The notes under the pieces: model-generated
The model's input: only the letters and a program-made list of their open reading frames with translations
Database searches by the model: none
Told to the model about the DNA's origin: nothing
Made by a program: the position numbers and the translations under genes
Shown here: positions 48,788 through 58,750 of the stretch, piece after piece
Position numbering within the stretch: the first letter of the stretch is position 1
How the letters are laid out: every line of letters begins with the position of its first letter
Assembly: GCA_020632445.1 (NCBI GenBank)
Contig: JACKFN010000003.1
Span: forward strand, 17,118 to 81,117
Reading direction: 5' to 3'
From: Candidatus Nomurabacteria bacterium
Lineage (GTDB): Bacteria > Patescibacteriota > Patescibacteriia > Magasanikbacterales > UBA922
Length of the DNA: 64,000 bases

Positions 48788-50737
48788 TTGTTATTATCTA
48801 TTTATGAATTTAGTATGAATTGGAAAAGAAAGTTACAAACACTTTTCGCTCATGGGGTATATCGTCTGAAAAGACATGAAAAGAGGGACATTGCTACTCT
48901 CATTGTCATTGGAGTACTCCTTGCAGGTGGTGTTGTTTTCGCCAAGGGAATGTTTCTCTCGTCAAGGCAAGTTTCTTCAGATGTAACTACGCAGTACAAG
49001 CGAAGTTACAAGACCGTTCAACCCAAAAAGTTGTCAGACGACAAAATTTTGCTGATCGGTAGTGTACTCTCAAATGAGAGCGCAAGTATTTTTCCACGGC
49101 GTTCTGGAATTGTTGGTGATATTTTGGTTGATATTGGAGATCAAGTACAAAAGGGACAAGTTTTGGCATACTTGCTTCCGGAAGGAGTAGAGAACCAGTC
49201 AAACTTGGAAATACTTACACAAAAAAGTGCTTCTCAAAAAGCATTTGACGACTACCAAAATACGCAGATGGTTGAAGATGCCAATATTGCAAAGATGCAA
49301 CAGAAGCTTGCTGAAATGAAACGTTCATTGCAGTCATTGCGTGATGATAATTATCGTAGTGGTGGAGGGTTGAGATTAGAGAATGAGTCACTTTCGCTCG
49401 CATATAAACAGTTAGCTGTGGCTGAAAAGCAGCTCGAAACGGCTTTGCAAACTCGACAGCCGAGGTTGACGGATGGAAATAACAAGATCAGTCAGGCGCG
49501 CGACTCTGTGCAAGTGGCATTGCAGCATACTTATCAGACAGCAATTGAAGTGGTTACTGGAGGGCAGGGACGGTTTGAAGAAGGTGGAACTCGAATTCTT
49601 TATGAAGCAGACATCAATAGCAGCCTTGGTGTTCTTGATGCAAACATTCGGAATGAAGTAGCTAATCAATTTAATGCAGTACGGTCAATCCTATACGCAT
49701 CAAAGCTCAGTAGTGATGACGATTATTACAGTGCTGCACAAAAAGCTGGGGATCTTTTGGATGCTCTGCAGAGACTAGTGAATGCCTCTGTCGTGAGCAC
49801 ACGCCTCTCTTCAGCGCAGATAAACGATTTGTCGAATAAAATTCACCTCAGTCAGGATAAGTTGTTTACGGCTCATGAAAAGCTGCAAAAGGCGATTGAT
49901 GCCTATCGTGTTCTCGTGGTAGAGATAGATCAAAATATTGCCGTGCTCGAAGAAAAAGTTCTTGGACAAAAGAGCAATGTCGAACTTATGGAGAGCCAAT
50001 GGGAAAAAAGTGGGAGTGAAATTGCTTCAAAGATCGCGGTTATGAATGAAAGTGTAAAGCAGTATGAAAAAGAAATTGAATATGCCAAGGCGCAGGCAAA
50101 ACGAAATGTTGATGCGCAAAAAAATCAATATGCTATCAGTAATGCACAGTACCTCAAAACCGCGGCGCAAAAGGGACACACAGCCATGATTTCACCATTT
50201 GATGGAGTCATTTCTCGAAGAAACATTGAAGTAGGACAGCTTACTATGATGTCAGATGCCGCATTTGAGCTTGTGGACGTGCAGACAACGCTTTCTCAGA
50301 AAGCAAAAAATGAAATTCAATTTGGTCTGCCAGAGGAGTTGCAGTCGGTTCTCTCCGTTGGGGATTTTGTTGACTTTTACTTGCCGGGAGATGAGACCGT
50401 GTGGCATACAGCCGAGGTAACCAGAATGAGCCCGCAGGTTGATCCAGAATTGCATACCTTTACGGTGCAGGCAAAGCTACCGGATGATCTTCGTTTATCA
50501 AATCATAGTAGTGTCCAGGTAAAAGTTATTACAGGAAAGCAAGAGGCCTATGAGGTGGATTCTTCAGCTATCAAAAAAGAAGACGAAAAATTCTATATCT
50601 GGGTACTTGAAAACCCTGAAGCAGAAAAGCCGGTAAAGGTGTATGTAGACGTCATTGAAGAAGATGGGGAATTTGCTCAGATCACGGGTTCTGTAGAGGA
50701 AGGTTCACTGGTGATTCTTAACTATTATGGAAGTTAA
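48788..50737 (+). CDS. RND efflux membrane-fusion (periplasmic adaptor) protein, long coiled-coil type
   Basis: N-terminal TM, biotinyl-lipoyl-like hairpin (GIVGDILVDIGDQVQKGQVLAYL), ~250-aa coiled-coil, C-terminal beta domains; stop abuts RND pump start. Confidence 0.7.
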   Translation: MLLSIYEFSMNWKRKLQTLFAHGVYRLKRHEKRDIATLIVIGVLLAGGVVFAKGMFLSSRQVSSDVTTQYKRSYKTVQPKKLSDDKILLIGSVLSNESASIFPRRSGIVGDILVDIGDQVQKGQVLAYLLPEGVENQSNLEILTQKSASQKAFDDYQNTQMVEDANIAKMQQKLAEMKRSLQSLRDDNYRSGGGLRLENESLSLAYKQLAVAEKQLETALQTRQPRLTDGNNKISQARDSVQVALQHTYQTAIEVVTGGQGRFEEGGTRILYEADINSSLGVLDANIRNEVANQFNAVRSILYASKLSSDDDYYSAAQKAGDLLDALQRLVNASVVSTRLSSAQINDLSNKIHLSQDKLFTAHEKLQKAIDAYRVLVVEIDQNIAVLEEKVLGQKSNVELMESQWEKSGSEIASKIAVMNESVKQYEKEIEYAKAQAKRNVDAQKNQYAISNAQYLKTAAQKGHTAMISPFDGVISRRNIEVGQLTMMSDAAFELVDVQTTLSQKAKNEIQFGLPEELQSVLSVGDFVDFYLPGDETVWHTAEVTRMSPQVDPELHTFTVQAKLPDDLRLSNHSSVQVKVITGKQEAYEVDSSAIKKEDEKFYIWVLENPEAEKPVKVYVDVIEEDGEFAQITGSVEEGSLVILNYYGS

Positions 50738-50739
50738 GT

Positions 50740-53700
50740 ATGATAAACAAGCTTATTAAATGGTTTTTGGACAATCGCTTGGTGACTCTTTTGCTTTTTG
50801 CCATAGTTATGCTTGGAGGAGTGTGGATTTTGCAAAGAACACCTGTTGATGCCATTCCAGATTTGTCAGAAAACCAGGTCATTGTCATGACGCAGTGGCC
50901 GGGACAGAGCCCGCAAAATATTGAAGATCAAGTAACGTATCCACTTACGGTTGCCATGCAGGGACTCGCTGGGGTAAAGGATGTTCGTGCCATGTCACAG
51001 ATGGGGGTATCAATGGTGACGGTCATATTCCAAGATGATATTGATTTGTACTTTGCGCGTGATCGTGTGGTAGAACGGCTCAGTACCGTACGAAAGGTAT
51101 TGCCGGAAGGTGTTATGCCAGAACTTGGTCCTGATGCCACCGGGCTTGGGCAGATCTTTATGTATACTTTGGAAAGTGACAACCATTCGCTTACACAGCT
51201 GCGTAGCATGCAGGATTTCCAGGTTGCGTATGCACTTGGAAGTGTAGACGGAGTTGCTGAAGTTGCATCTATTGGAGGATATGTAAGGACCTATCAGGTC
51301 GTGTTAGATCCTATCAAGCTTGATCAATATGGAGTTCGAATTCAAGATGTGATCACCAGTATAAAGATGGGAAACAATAACGTCTCCGGAAAAGTCGTTG
51401 ATACTGGCGAAAGAGAAATTGCCATTCAAGGGATAGGCTTTTTTGAGAAGGTAGAGGACATCGCGAGCATGGTTATCAAGATCAAGGACGATGGGACGGC
51501 TCTGACCGTGCAGGATATTGGTGATGTCCGAGAATCTGGTGCTTTTCGAAGAGGAATTCTTGCCAGTCAACATGCAGAAAAAGTTGGAGGGGTGGTTGTC
51601 ATGCGGTATGGAGAAAATCCGCTTCAGGTTATTGAGGCAGTGAAAAAAGAAATAGAAAAAGTCCAGAAGGCACTCCCCGAGGGGGTCAAAATAGTGCCGT
51701 TCTACGACAGAACGAGACTGATTGTCAGTGCCATCGACACCATGAAAAGTGTACTGATTCAAGAACTTATCATAACCGGGATTATTTTAGCAATTTTCCT
51801 TGCGAGTTTTGGGGCAACCATCATTACCGCAATTGCGCTTGTGATTGGAGTCGTTATTTCTTTTATTCTCATGTATTTTGGAGGTATTCCTTCGAACATT
51901 ATGAGTTTGGGGGGGATTGCCATTGCTGTGGGAACTATGGTTGATTCAGCAATTGTCGTCATAGAAAACATTTACCGAAAATTGCTTGAAAATAAAGGAG
52001 AAACGTTTGAGGAAAGGCTAAAATTGGTAAAAGAAGCAACGCTTGAGGTTGGAAAGCCGATCGTGTTTGCCATCTTTATCATCATTTTGTCATTTGTTCC
52101 GATCTTTACACTGCAGGGAATGGAGGGGAAACTCTTTTCCCCACTTGCATACACGAATATGTTTGCGATGATTGGAGCGCTCATTACAGCACTGTTTTTG
52201 GTGCCAATACTTGCGCTTTACTTCATGAAAGGAAAACTGAAGCAGGATGAGGAGATAAAGGTTGTTCGCAGGCTGAAAAGTTGGTATGAGCCAATTTTAA
52301 AAAAAGCACTGCTATATAGAAAGGCAACACTGGGAATTATGGTTGGTTTGGTAGCTATTGGTGGGGTGCTTATGACGCAAATTGGGTCTGAGTTTATGCC
52401 ACCACTTGATGAGGGTGCTATTATGTACATGCCAATGACCGTGCCAAATGTATCAGAACGAAAAGCAACAGAGCTTTTACTCCAAACCAATGAGATTATT
52501 GCGCAGTTTCCTGAAGTAGAAACTGTTGTTGGTAAAGCTGGGAGAGCAAATACAGCAACAGACCCTGCACCGCTTGCCATGCTAGAGACATTTGTCACGC
52601 TCAAGCCAAAGTCCGAGTGGAGGGATGGTATGACCAAGTCAACACTTGTCGCTGAGATAAATAGAGCCATTCAGATAGATAAGCTGTGGAATGGATTTAC
52701 ACAGCCAATTATTGGACGCGTAGACATGCTTTCAACGGGGATACGTGCCCAAGTTGGAATAAAGATTTTTGGGAATGATCCGAACACACTAGAGCAGCTC
52801 GCTATTGAGACAGAAAATCTTATGAACCAGGTTCCTGGTGCATCAGGAGTGGCTGCCATTCGTACGACTGGCCTCAAGTATCTTAATGTTGATCTCGATG
52901 AAGGAAAACTCTCTGAGTTCGGGATTCCAAAGATGGATGCTTTGACACTTATCTCTGCAGGAGTTGGAGGAAACATTGCGTCGTACACCATCGAAGGAAG
53001 AGAGCGTTATGGTATAGAATTGCGTCTCAAGCAGGATTTTCGCAGCGATGTCGATGACGTTAAGTCGCTTATGCTCACAGGAAGAAGCGGTAACAGGGTG
53101 CCACTCTCAAGTGTTGCAGACATACGACTTGAAAACGGACCCGCAACCATTAATAGTGAAAACGGTGTTATACGAAGTGCTGTGCAGATGAATGTGGTTG
53201 GAACGGATTTAGGATCTTTTGTAGAAAGTGGTCAAGAGTTCTTGCAAGAGAATTTGGAGCTTCCCGATGGATACTCAGTAGAGTGGAGCGGGCAATACGA
53301 AAACCAGATACGCGCGAAAAAGCGACTATCGATTATTGTCCCTATCGTTATTTTCATCATTTTTTTGGTTCTCTACTTTACGTACAAGGATTTTGGATTG
53401 GTATCCATTGTGATGCTTTCTATACCACTATCTATGGTTGGAGGAATAGTTGCGCTTTTTATTGCCCAGTACAATCTTTCCGTTGCTGTGTGGGTTGGTT
53501 TTATATCGCTCTTTGGAAATGCCGTGGAGACGGGGGTGGTGATTGTCGTCTATTTGGAGAATGCGTATCGAAAACAATTTGGTATGAAACTGATTGATGA
53601 TGAAAATGAGGGTGCATCTAGTGATAGACCGGCGCTTCCTGTTACTAAAGAGGGAATACATGATGCCGTTTTGAAGGGGGCAACTCTTCGTTTGCGACCT

Positions 53701-53898
53701 GTACTGATGACTGCATTTACCTCTGTGATTGGTCTTTTTCCGATGCTTTATGCTACCGGAGTGGGGGCTGAGGTGCAAAAACCACTTGCGATTGTTGTTG
53801 TTGGTGGATTGACGACTTCTGTTGTTTTGACGCTTGTGGTCATTCCAGTGCTTTTTAGCATGCTGCGAGAGTGGCAGATGAAAAATCAAAAGTATTAA
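50740..53898 (+). CDS. RND efflux transporter, heavy-metal (CusA/CzcA-like) family
   Basis: 1052 aa, 12 TM, two large periplasmic loops; N-terminus typical of CusA/CzcA. Confidence 0.85.
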   Translation: MINKLIKWFLDNRLVTLLLFAIVMLGGVWILQRTPVDAIPDLSENQVIVMTQWPGQSPQNIEDQVTYPLTVAMQGLAGVKDVRAMSQMGVSMVTVIFQDDIDLYFARDRVVERLSTVRKVLPEGVMPELGPDATGLGQIFMYTLESDNHSLTQLRSMQDFQVAYALGSVDGVAEVASIGGYVRTYQVVLDPIKLDQYGVRIQDVITSIKMGNNNVSGKVVDTGEREIAIQGIGFFEKVEDIASMVIKIKDDGTALTVQDIGDVRESGAFRRGILASQHAEKVGGVVVMRYGENPLQVIEAVKKEIEKVQKALPEGVKIVPFYDRTRLIVSAIDTMKSVLIQELIITGIILAIFLASFGATIITAIALVIGVVISFILMYFGGIPSNIMSLGGIAIAVGTMVDSAIVVIENIYRKLLENKGETFEERLKLVKEATLEVGKPIVFAIFIIILSFVPIFTLQGMEGKLFSPLAYTNMFAMIGALITALFLVPILALYFMKGKLKQDEEIKVVRRLKSWYEPILKKALLYRKATLGIMVGLVAIGGVLMTQIGSEFMPPLDEGAIMYMPMTVPNVSERKATELLLQTNEIIAQFPEVETVVGKAGRANTATDPAPLAMLETFVTLKPKSEWRDGMTKSTLVAEINRAIQIDKLWNGFTQPIIGRVDMLSTGIRAQVGIKIFGNDPNTLEQLAIETENLMNQVPGASGVAAIRTTGLKYLNVDLDEGKLSEFGIPKMDALTLISAGVGGNIASYTIEGRERYGIELRLKQDFRSDVDDVKSLMLTGRSGNRVPLSSVADIRLENGPATINSENGVIRSAVQMNVVGTDLGSFVESGQEFLQENLELPDGYSVEWSGQYENQIRAKKRLSIIVPIVIFIIFLVLYFTYKDFGLVSIVMLSIPLSMVGGIVALFIAQYNLSVAVWVGFISLFGNAVETGVVIVVYLENAYRKQFGMKLIDDENEGASSDRPALPVTKEGIHDAVLKGATLRLRPVLMTAFTSVIGLFPMLYATGVGAEVQKPLAIVVVGGLTTSVVLTLVVIPVLFSMLREWQMKNQKY

Positions 53899-54028
53899 GT
53901 TACTGCGCCCAAGGCGCATTCGTCTTCGCGAAAAATCTAAAACAAATCATTTATGTTTAACTCATTTGCATATGTAAACTCGTATCAGGCAGTAATGTAT
54001 TTATCTATTTATTTAAAAGACTAGTAAT

Positions 54029-54232
54029 ATGAAAAAAGTAACAACTCTTTCACTTGCAATACTCGCTTTGTTTGGGGTTATGTTTTTTGCGGGTTGTGGA
54101 AAGCAGGAGCCACTTACAGAGCAGCAACAAGCCGAGCAGCATGGTATGACTTTAGAAGAGTATCGTGATACCAAAGAAGCTGCTGCAAGAATGAATATGA
54201 ATGTTGAAGAGCACATGAACATGGATCATTAA
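54029..54232 (+). CDS. small Met/His-rich lipoprotein (putative metal-binding/chaperone)
   Basis: Lipobox FAGC; C-terminal MNMNVEEHMNMDH. Confidence 0.5.
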   Translation: MKKVTTLSLAILALFGVMFFAGCGKQEPLTEQQQAEQHGMTLEEYRDTKEAAARMNMNVEEHMNMDH

Positions 54233-54319
54233 TTTTTAACGAGTAGTGTATAATGAAATAGGAGTTTTATCTTAAACAAAGAGTGAGGGGACTTTTGTCC
54301 CTTCACTTAATCGAACGAT

Positions 54320-56371
54320 ATGACCACACAACACAAGGATAATTGTCATAATCAATCAAAATCGAGTGAGCATCATCACCAAAATGGTGATCACAAAAGT
54401 CACAATAAAGAACATACAGGCAGTGAAAGTTGTCATACCGGCATGGTAGATGAATTTAAAAAACGTTTTTGGATTAGCTTGATACTGACACTGCCTGTAT
54501 TGTTTCTGTCGCCCATGATTAGGGGATTTTTTCATGTGCAAGAAATGTTGACTTTTGCAGGCGACACGTATGTATTATTTTTTCTTGCTACACTTATCTT
54601 TGTATATGGTGGTTGGCCTTTTTTGAGAGGTCTTGTGACAGAGGTGGGTTCAAAAAAACCTGGCATGATGACGCTTATTAGTGTTGCTATCTTGGTGGGA
54701 TTTGCATATAGTGCTGCGGTTGTTTTCGGTTTGCCAGGGAAACTCTTTTTTTGGGAAATAGCCACGCTTATAGACGTCATGCTTTTGGGACATTGGATTG
54801 AAATGCGTTCGGTAGCCGGCGCAAGCAAGGCTCTTGAGGCTTTGGCGGGGCTCGTGCCTTCTCATGCCCATAAACTTCAGGGCACAGAGATCGAGGATGT
54901 TCCTGTAAATGAGCTTCATGTGGATGATGTTGTTTTGGTGCGTCCGGGAGAGAAGATCCCTGTTGATGGAGTTATCATCGAGGGTCAATCTTTTGTGAAT
55001 GAGGCTTTACTCACTGGAGAATCACAGCCTGCATCAAGGGCTGTCGGGGAAAAAGTCATCGGAGGATCTCTCAATGGAGATGGTTCATTGCATGTAAAGA
55101 TTACAAAAGTGGGCAAAGATTCATTTGTATCTCAGGTTATTGAGCTTGTTCGCCAGTCACAGGAAAGTAAATCAAAGATGCAAGATCTTGCATCTCGTGC
55201 TGCATTTTATTTAACTATCATAGCGTTGAGTGTTGGTGTATTCACCATGTTTGTGTGGTTTTATGTAGTAGAACAAAGTTTTGTTTTTGCACTGGAGAGA
55301 ACAGTTACGGTTATGGTAATTACATGTCCACATGCCCTTGGGCTTGCGGTGCCGCTTGTGGTAGCGGTGAGTACATCTCTTGCCGCACAAAGTGGTTTGC
55401 TTATACGCAATAGGGTTGCATTTGAACGGGCAAGGAATTTGCAATGTGTTGTTTTTGACAAAACCGGAACGCTTACTGAAGGAAACTTTGGTATCACCGA
55501 TGTGCGACTTGCAAAAGGAGTAGATATGAGTGAGGAGAAACTTATTACTTTGGCAGCTTCTGTGGAGTCACATTCACAGCATCCAATTGCACATGCCATC
55601 GCTAGCGCCGACAAAAAGAAAGAGAGAGTGACAGAGTTTAAATCTTTTTCAGGAAAGGGGGTACAGGGGGTGATTGATGGTAAGATTGTTCAAGTTATGA
55701 GTCCGGGGTATGTTCGTGAGAAAAAAATAGATCTGCATGGACTCGTTGTTGAAGACCTCATGAAGGAGGGCAAAACGGTAGTATTCGTATTGGTTAATGA
55801 AAATATCGTCGGTGCTTTGGCCCTCGCCGATGTTGTTCGTACACAAGCAAGAGGGGCAATAGAAAGGCTACATTCCATGGGTATTAAAACCATGATGATT
55901 ACTGGTGACAATGAAAAAGTTGCTGCTTGGGTTGCAAAGGAGATTGGACTTGATGATTATTTTTCTGAAGTTTTGCCAGAGCAGAAGGCTCAGAAGATTC
56001 AAGAAATACAAAAACATGGTTTGACAGTGGCTATGGTAGGCGATGGAGTGAACGACGCTCCTGCGCTTGCAGCGGCAGATGTTGGTATTGCTATTGGTGC
56101 CGGGACGGATGTGGCAGTGGAAACGGCGGATATTATTTTGGTCAAAGATAACCCACAAGATGTAGCTGCCATCTTGGGATTGGCTCGAGCGACTTATAGA
56201 AAAATGATACAAAATTTGATTTGGGCCACGGGGTACAATGCGATCGCTATTCCGTTGGCCGCCGGTGTGCTGTACTCTTACGGTGTAGTCATGGGGCCTG
56301 CATTAGGAGCAATTTTGATGTCACTGTCAACGGTAATTGTGGCTATCAATGCCAAGTTTTTGCGTGTTTAG
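54320..56371 (+). CDS. P1B-type heavy-metal ATPase, CopB-like (CPH motif, His-rich N-terminus)
   Basis: His-rich N-terminus (EHHHQNGDHKSHNKEH), ITCPHALGLA (CPH), DKTGTLT, MVGDGVNDAPAL. Confidence 0.9.
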   Translation: MTTQHKDNCHNQSKSSEHHHQNGDHKSHNKEHTGSESCHTGMVDEFKKRFWISLILTLPVLFLSPMIRGFFHVQEMLTFAGDTYVLFFLATLIFVYGGWPFLRGLVTEVGSKKPGMMTLISVAILVGFAYSAAVVFGLPGKLFFWEIATLIDVMLLGHWIEMRSVAGASKALEALAGLVPSHAHKLQGTEIEDVPVNELHVDDVVLVRPGEKIPVDGVIIEGQSFVNEALLTGESQPASRAVGEKVIGGSLNGDGSLHVKITKVGKDSFVSQVIELVRQSQESKSKMQDLASRAAFYLTIIALSVGVFTMFVWFYVVEQSFVFALERTVTVMVITCPHALGLAVPLVVAVSTSLAAQSGLLIRNRVAFERARNLQCVVFDKTGTLTEGNFGITDVRLAKGVDMSEEKLITLAASVESHSQHPIAHAIASADKKKERVTEFKSFSGKGVQGVIDGKIVQVMSPGYVREKKIDLHGLVVEDLMKEGKTVVFVLVNENIVGALALADVVRTQARGAIERLHSMGIKTMMITGDNEKVAAWVAKEIGLDDYFSEVLPEQKAQKIQEIQKHGLTVAMVGDGVNDAPALAAADVGIAIGAGTDVAVETADIILVKDNPQDVAAILGLARATYRKMIQNLIWATGYNAIAIPLAAGVLYSYGVVMGPALGAILMSLSTVIVAINAKFLRV

Positions 56372-56375
56372 ATCA

Positions 56376-56642
56376 TTATTTTGAGATGAGCGTCCAAACT
56401 CCAACCATAATAAACCCAACTCCCGCCAAAAGTTTTAATGTTTTTTCGTCGAGATAATTGGAGATGGTGCTTCCCAAAAGTACGCCGATGGCTGTAGTGG
56501 CTATAAGAGCAAGTGATGCCCCAAGAAAAATAGTTGACTTGGGGTAGTTTTTTTCTGCGGCAAATAAAAGTGTGGCAATTTGCGTTTTGTCTCCAAGCTC
56601 TGCAAGAAAAATGGTAATAAATGTTGTAATGAATATTTTCAT
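56376..56642 (-). CDS. UPF0016/GDT1 (TMEM165) family single-repeat membrane protein
   Basis: 88 aa, ELGDKTQ signature motif, three TM helices. Confidence 0.75.
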   Translation of the reverse strand: MKIFITTFITIFLAELGDKTQIATLLFAAEKNYPKSTIFLGASLALIATTAIGVLLGSTISNYLDEKTLKLLAGVGFIMVGVWTLISK

Positions 56643-56860
56643 AATAGTATCACATAGTTTATGTGTGGATTTCTTTATCGGTCTTTTGCGTTATTATATC
56701 TTATACTCTTAGTTTGTTTATTATATCAGATGTTGATCATCAGTTTGATTTTCATCTCGTCAATAGAAAGAAGTTGTTAAAATGAGCGACGAATTACGGG
56801 GCGAGGGATTGTAGAGGGACTTGAAATTATTGTTTAACTGAGTAATTGTTAATCAAATCA

Positions 56861-57307
56861 CTACTTATACTCCATAATCCAGTCCTTCTTTTTTTTGCCT
56901 ATTTTTACAAAACCGAGTTTTTCATAAAATGTCTGGGCGATTATATTCACTGGGGCGACTTCAAGTCTGATTGGGATGTGTCGTGCATCGGATTCTTTAA
57001 TCAAATCAATCATGATTGCGCTACCAATACCTTTTTTTTGAAACGTTGGTAGAATTTGTATTCCGCCTATGTATATTTGATCAGGTGACCTTACTACTCT
57101 CAGACGGCCTACGTCTGTATTATTCCATCCAATGATTTGTATTTTTTTAGGATCAAACTTTTCGGAATATTCTTGAAATTCCTTATCGAGGTCTAGTTTG
57201 AGCTGTGGTGTATGAGCCTTTCTTACAGGTAGCATTGCCTTTGTAGAAACATCAAATAAAAAGGGAAGATCTGCTTGTGTTGCAGTACGTAAGGTATAGG
57301 GAGTCAT
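56861..57307 (-). CDS. GNAT family N-acetyltransferase
   Basis: IQILPTFQKKGIGSAIM...FYEKLGF. Confidence 0.75.
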   Translation of the reverse strand: MTPYTLRTATQADLPFLFDVSTKAMLPVRKAHTPQLKLDLDKEFQEYSEKFDPKKIQIIGWNNTDVGRLRVVRSPDQIYIGGIQILPTFQKKGIGSAIMIDLIKESDARHIPIRLEVAPVNIIAQTFYEKLGFVKIGKKKKDWIMEYK

Positions 57308-57424
57308 AAGAGAATTAAGTATGGTTCGATTTTAGATAAAGGTGAACACAAAACGTGGTTTAATTAAGGCAGCAATTATGGAACAGGAGGATCGTAGAGG
57401 GTGTGGGAATTCTCGTAAAAAAAG

Positions 57425-58066
57425 CTATAGAGTTTCAATAACTTCTTTTGCAGAAATGTCATAAAGCTTTGCAGCTTTTTGTCCTGTTTTATCTAAATAC
57501 TGTTTCACGAGATAGAATCCCAGAGAGTACCCTGCCCAGCGAGGTATGTTCAGATCCGGATTTCCGAAAAACCATGAAGCATGATCATAAGGAGAGGTCC
57601 AGTATTCTTTTGTTGCAATGGGTTGAAGATTTGCAAGTCCATTTTCAGAAAGGGCTGTGCACCATGGCTGGGGTTTTCCACCGAGTAGCTCCATTTGAAA
57701 GTGATCTGCCAGTCCCTCAGAGATGATTGCCTCACCCAGGGTGTTTCCATAGCCCGGTCCATTCCAGCGAAGACTGTGGTGGTATTCGTGAGCAATCGTC
57801 TTGGGTATTTCAAGTATGAGATTTTCTTTGAAGTTTTTGAAATTTGCATCGAGGGACAGGTAAATAGTATATGCATCTGGTGTATAGCCACCTATTCCTG
57901 TTTCTGGCACAACATTGAGTGGTTCGTCCTTCACAACAACATCGATAGGTATGAGTGGGAGAGTATCTACCATTCTGTTGAAGGTTTCATCAATGCTATT
58001 TATAATAAACTTTTCGTACTCGTTTAAAGCAGAGGATGCATTCAATAAGTGTATTTTATGTTTCAT
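57425..58066 (-). CDS. putative HExxH zinc metallopeptidase-like protein
   Basis: IAHEYHHS (HExxH); start at MKHKIH, downstream of module copy C promoter. Confidence 0.45.
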   Translation of the reverse strand: MKHKIHLLNASSALNEYEKFIINSIDETFNRMVDTLPLIPIDVVVKDEPLNVVPETGIGGYTPDAYTIYLSLDANFKNFKENLILEIPKTIAHEYHHSLRWNGPGYGNTLGEAIISEGLADHFQMELLGGKPQPWCTALSENGLANLQPIATKEYWTSPYDHASWFFGNPDLNIPRWAGYSLGFYLVKQYLDKTGQKAAKLYDISAKEVIETL

Positions 58067-58089
58067 AGAGCATTTCAAATTTTGTATGT

Positions 58090-58290
58090 AGTATAGCAGA
58101 TTAACAGATTGAGTTCGATTCCTACCGCCCACAATAAAAAAATGCCGCTAAAATTAGCGACGAATTACACAGCAGGGGATAGTAGAGGAAGTTGGAACCA
58201 GAATACAGAATAGGGAAGGCTATGTAAGTATACCTAGTGTATAAGTGGGAGGGTGTACCCCCAGGTGGACTCACTATATTTGATTAAAGT
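58090..58290. repeat. divergent copy of the cassette module (copy C)
   Basis: gtatagcagattaacagattgagttcgattcctaccgcccaca...gccgctaaaattagcgacgaattac...ggaagttggaaccagaatacagaatagggaaggctatg... Confidence 0.5.
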
Positions 58291-58721
58291 GCCGATACGA
58301 ATTTTTGCTGAAATGAATAGCCTTTACAAAAAGGCTATTTTGTGTTACAAATTTATTAGACATGAACTTAGGAGCTGAGCATGAGTATTCCGTCATTCAC
58401 GCTGTGGGATCTTCGTCGAGTCGTGAAGGTTGAGGTCCTGCTTCAGGAGCGAGACTTGCAGTTCACACGGACGATGGGACTCAGCTGACCGACTTCAATC
58501 GAGGTCCGTCAGTGGTTCGTCGGTACGGACTTCATGGGCATCAGGGTCATCGTCGGCATGCTGCAGGCTAATACGCGCTTCCGCTTCAGACACGAGGGTT
58601 CGCGTCCTGCACTGGTGCCCGACCTGGGTGCGGACCGAGATTACATTCTGCCCGAGGATAAGTAGGCGCCACCTCCTGGGCTTCGTAATCAATTTTTACT
58701 TGATAGAAATTGTTGGAATTT

Positions 58722-58750
58722 AAAACACCTTTTAGCAGGTGTTTTTGTAA
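58722..58750 (+). terminator. Rho-independent terminator after GC-rich mini-insert
   Basis: aaaacacct-tttagc-aggtgttttt, perfect 6-bp stem + T-run. Confidence 0.55.
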
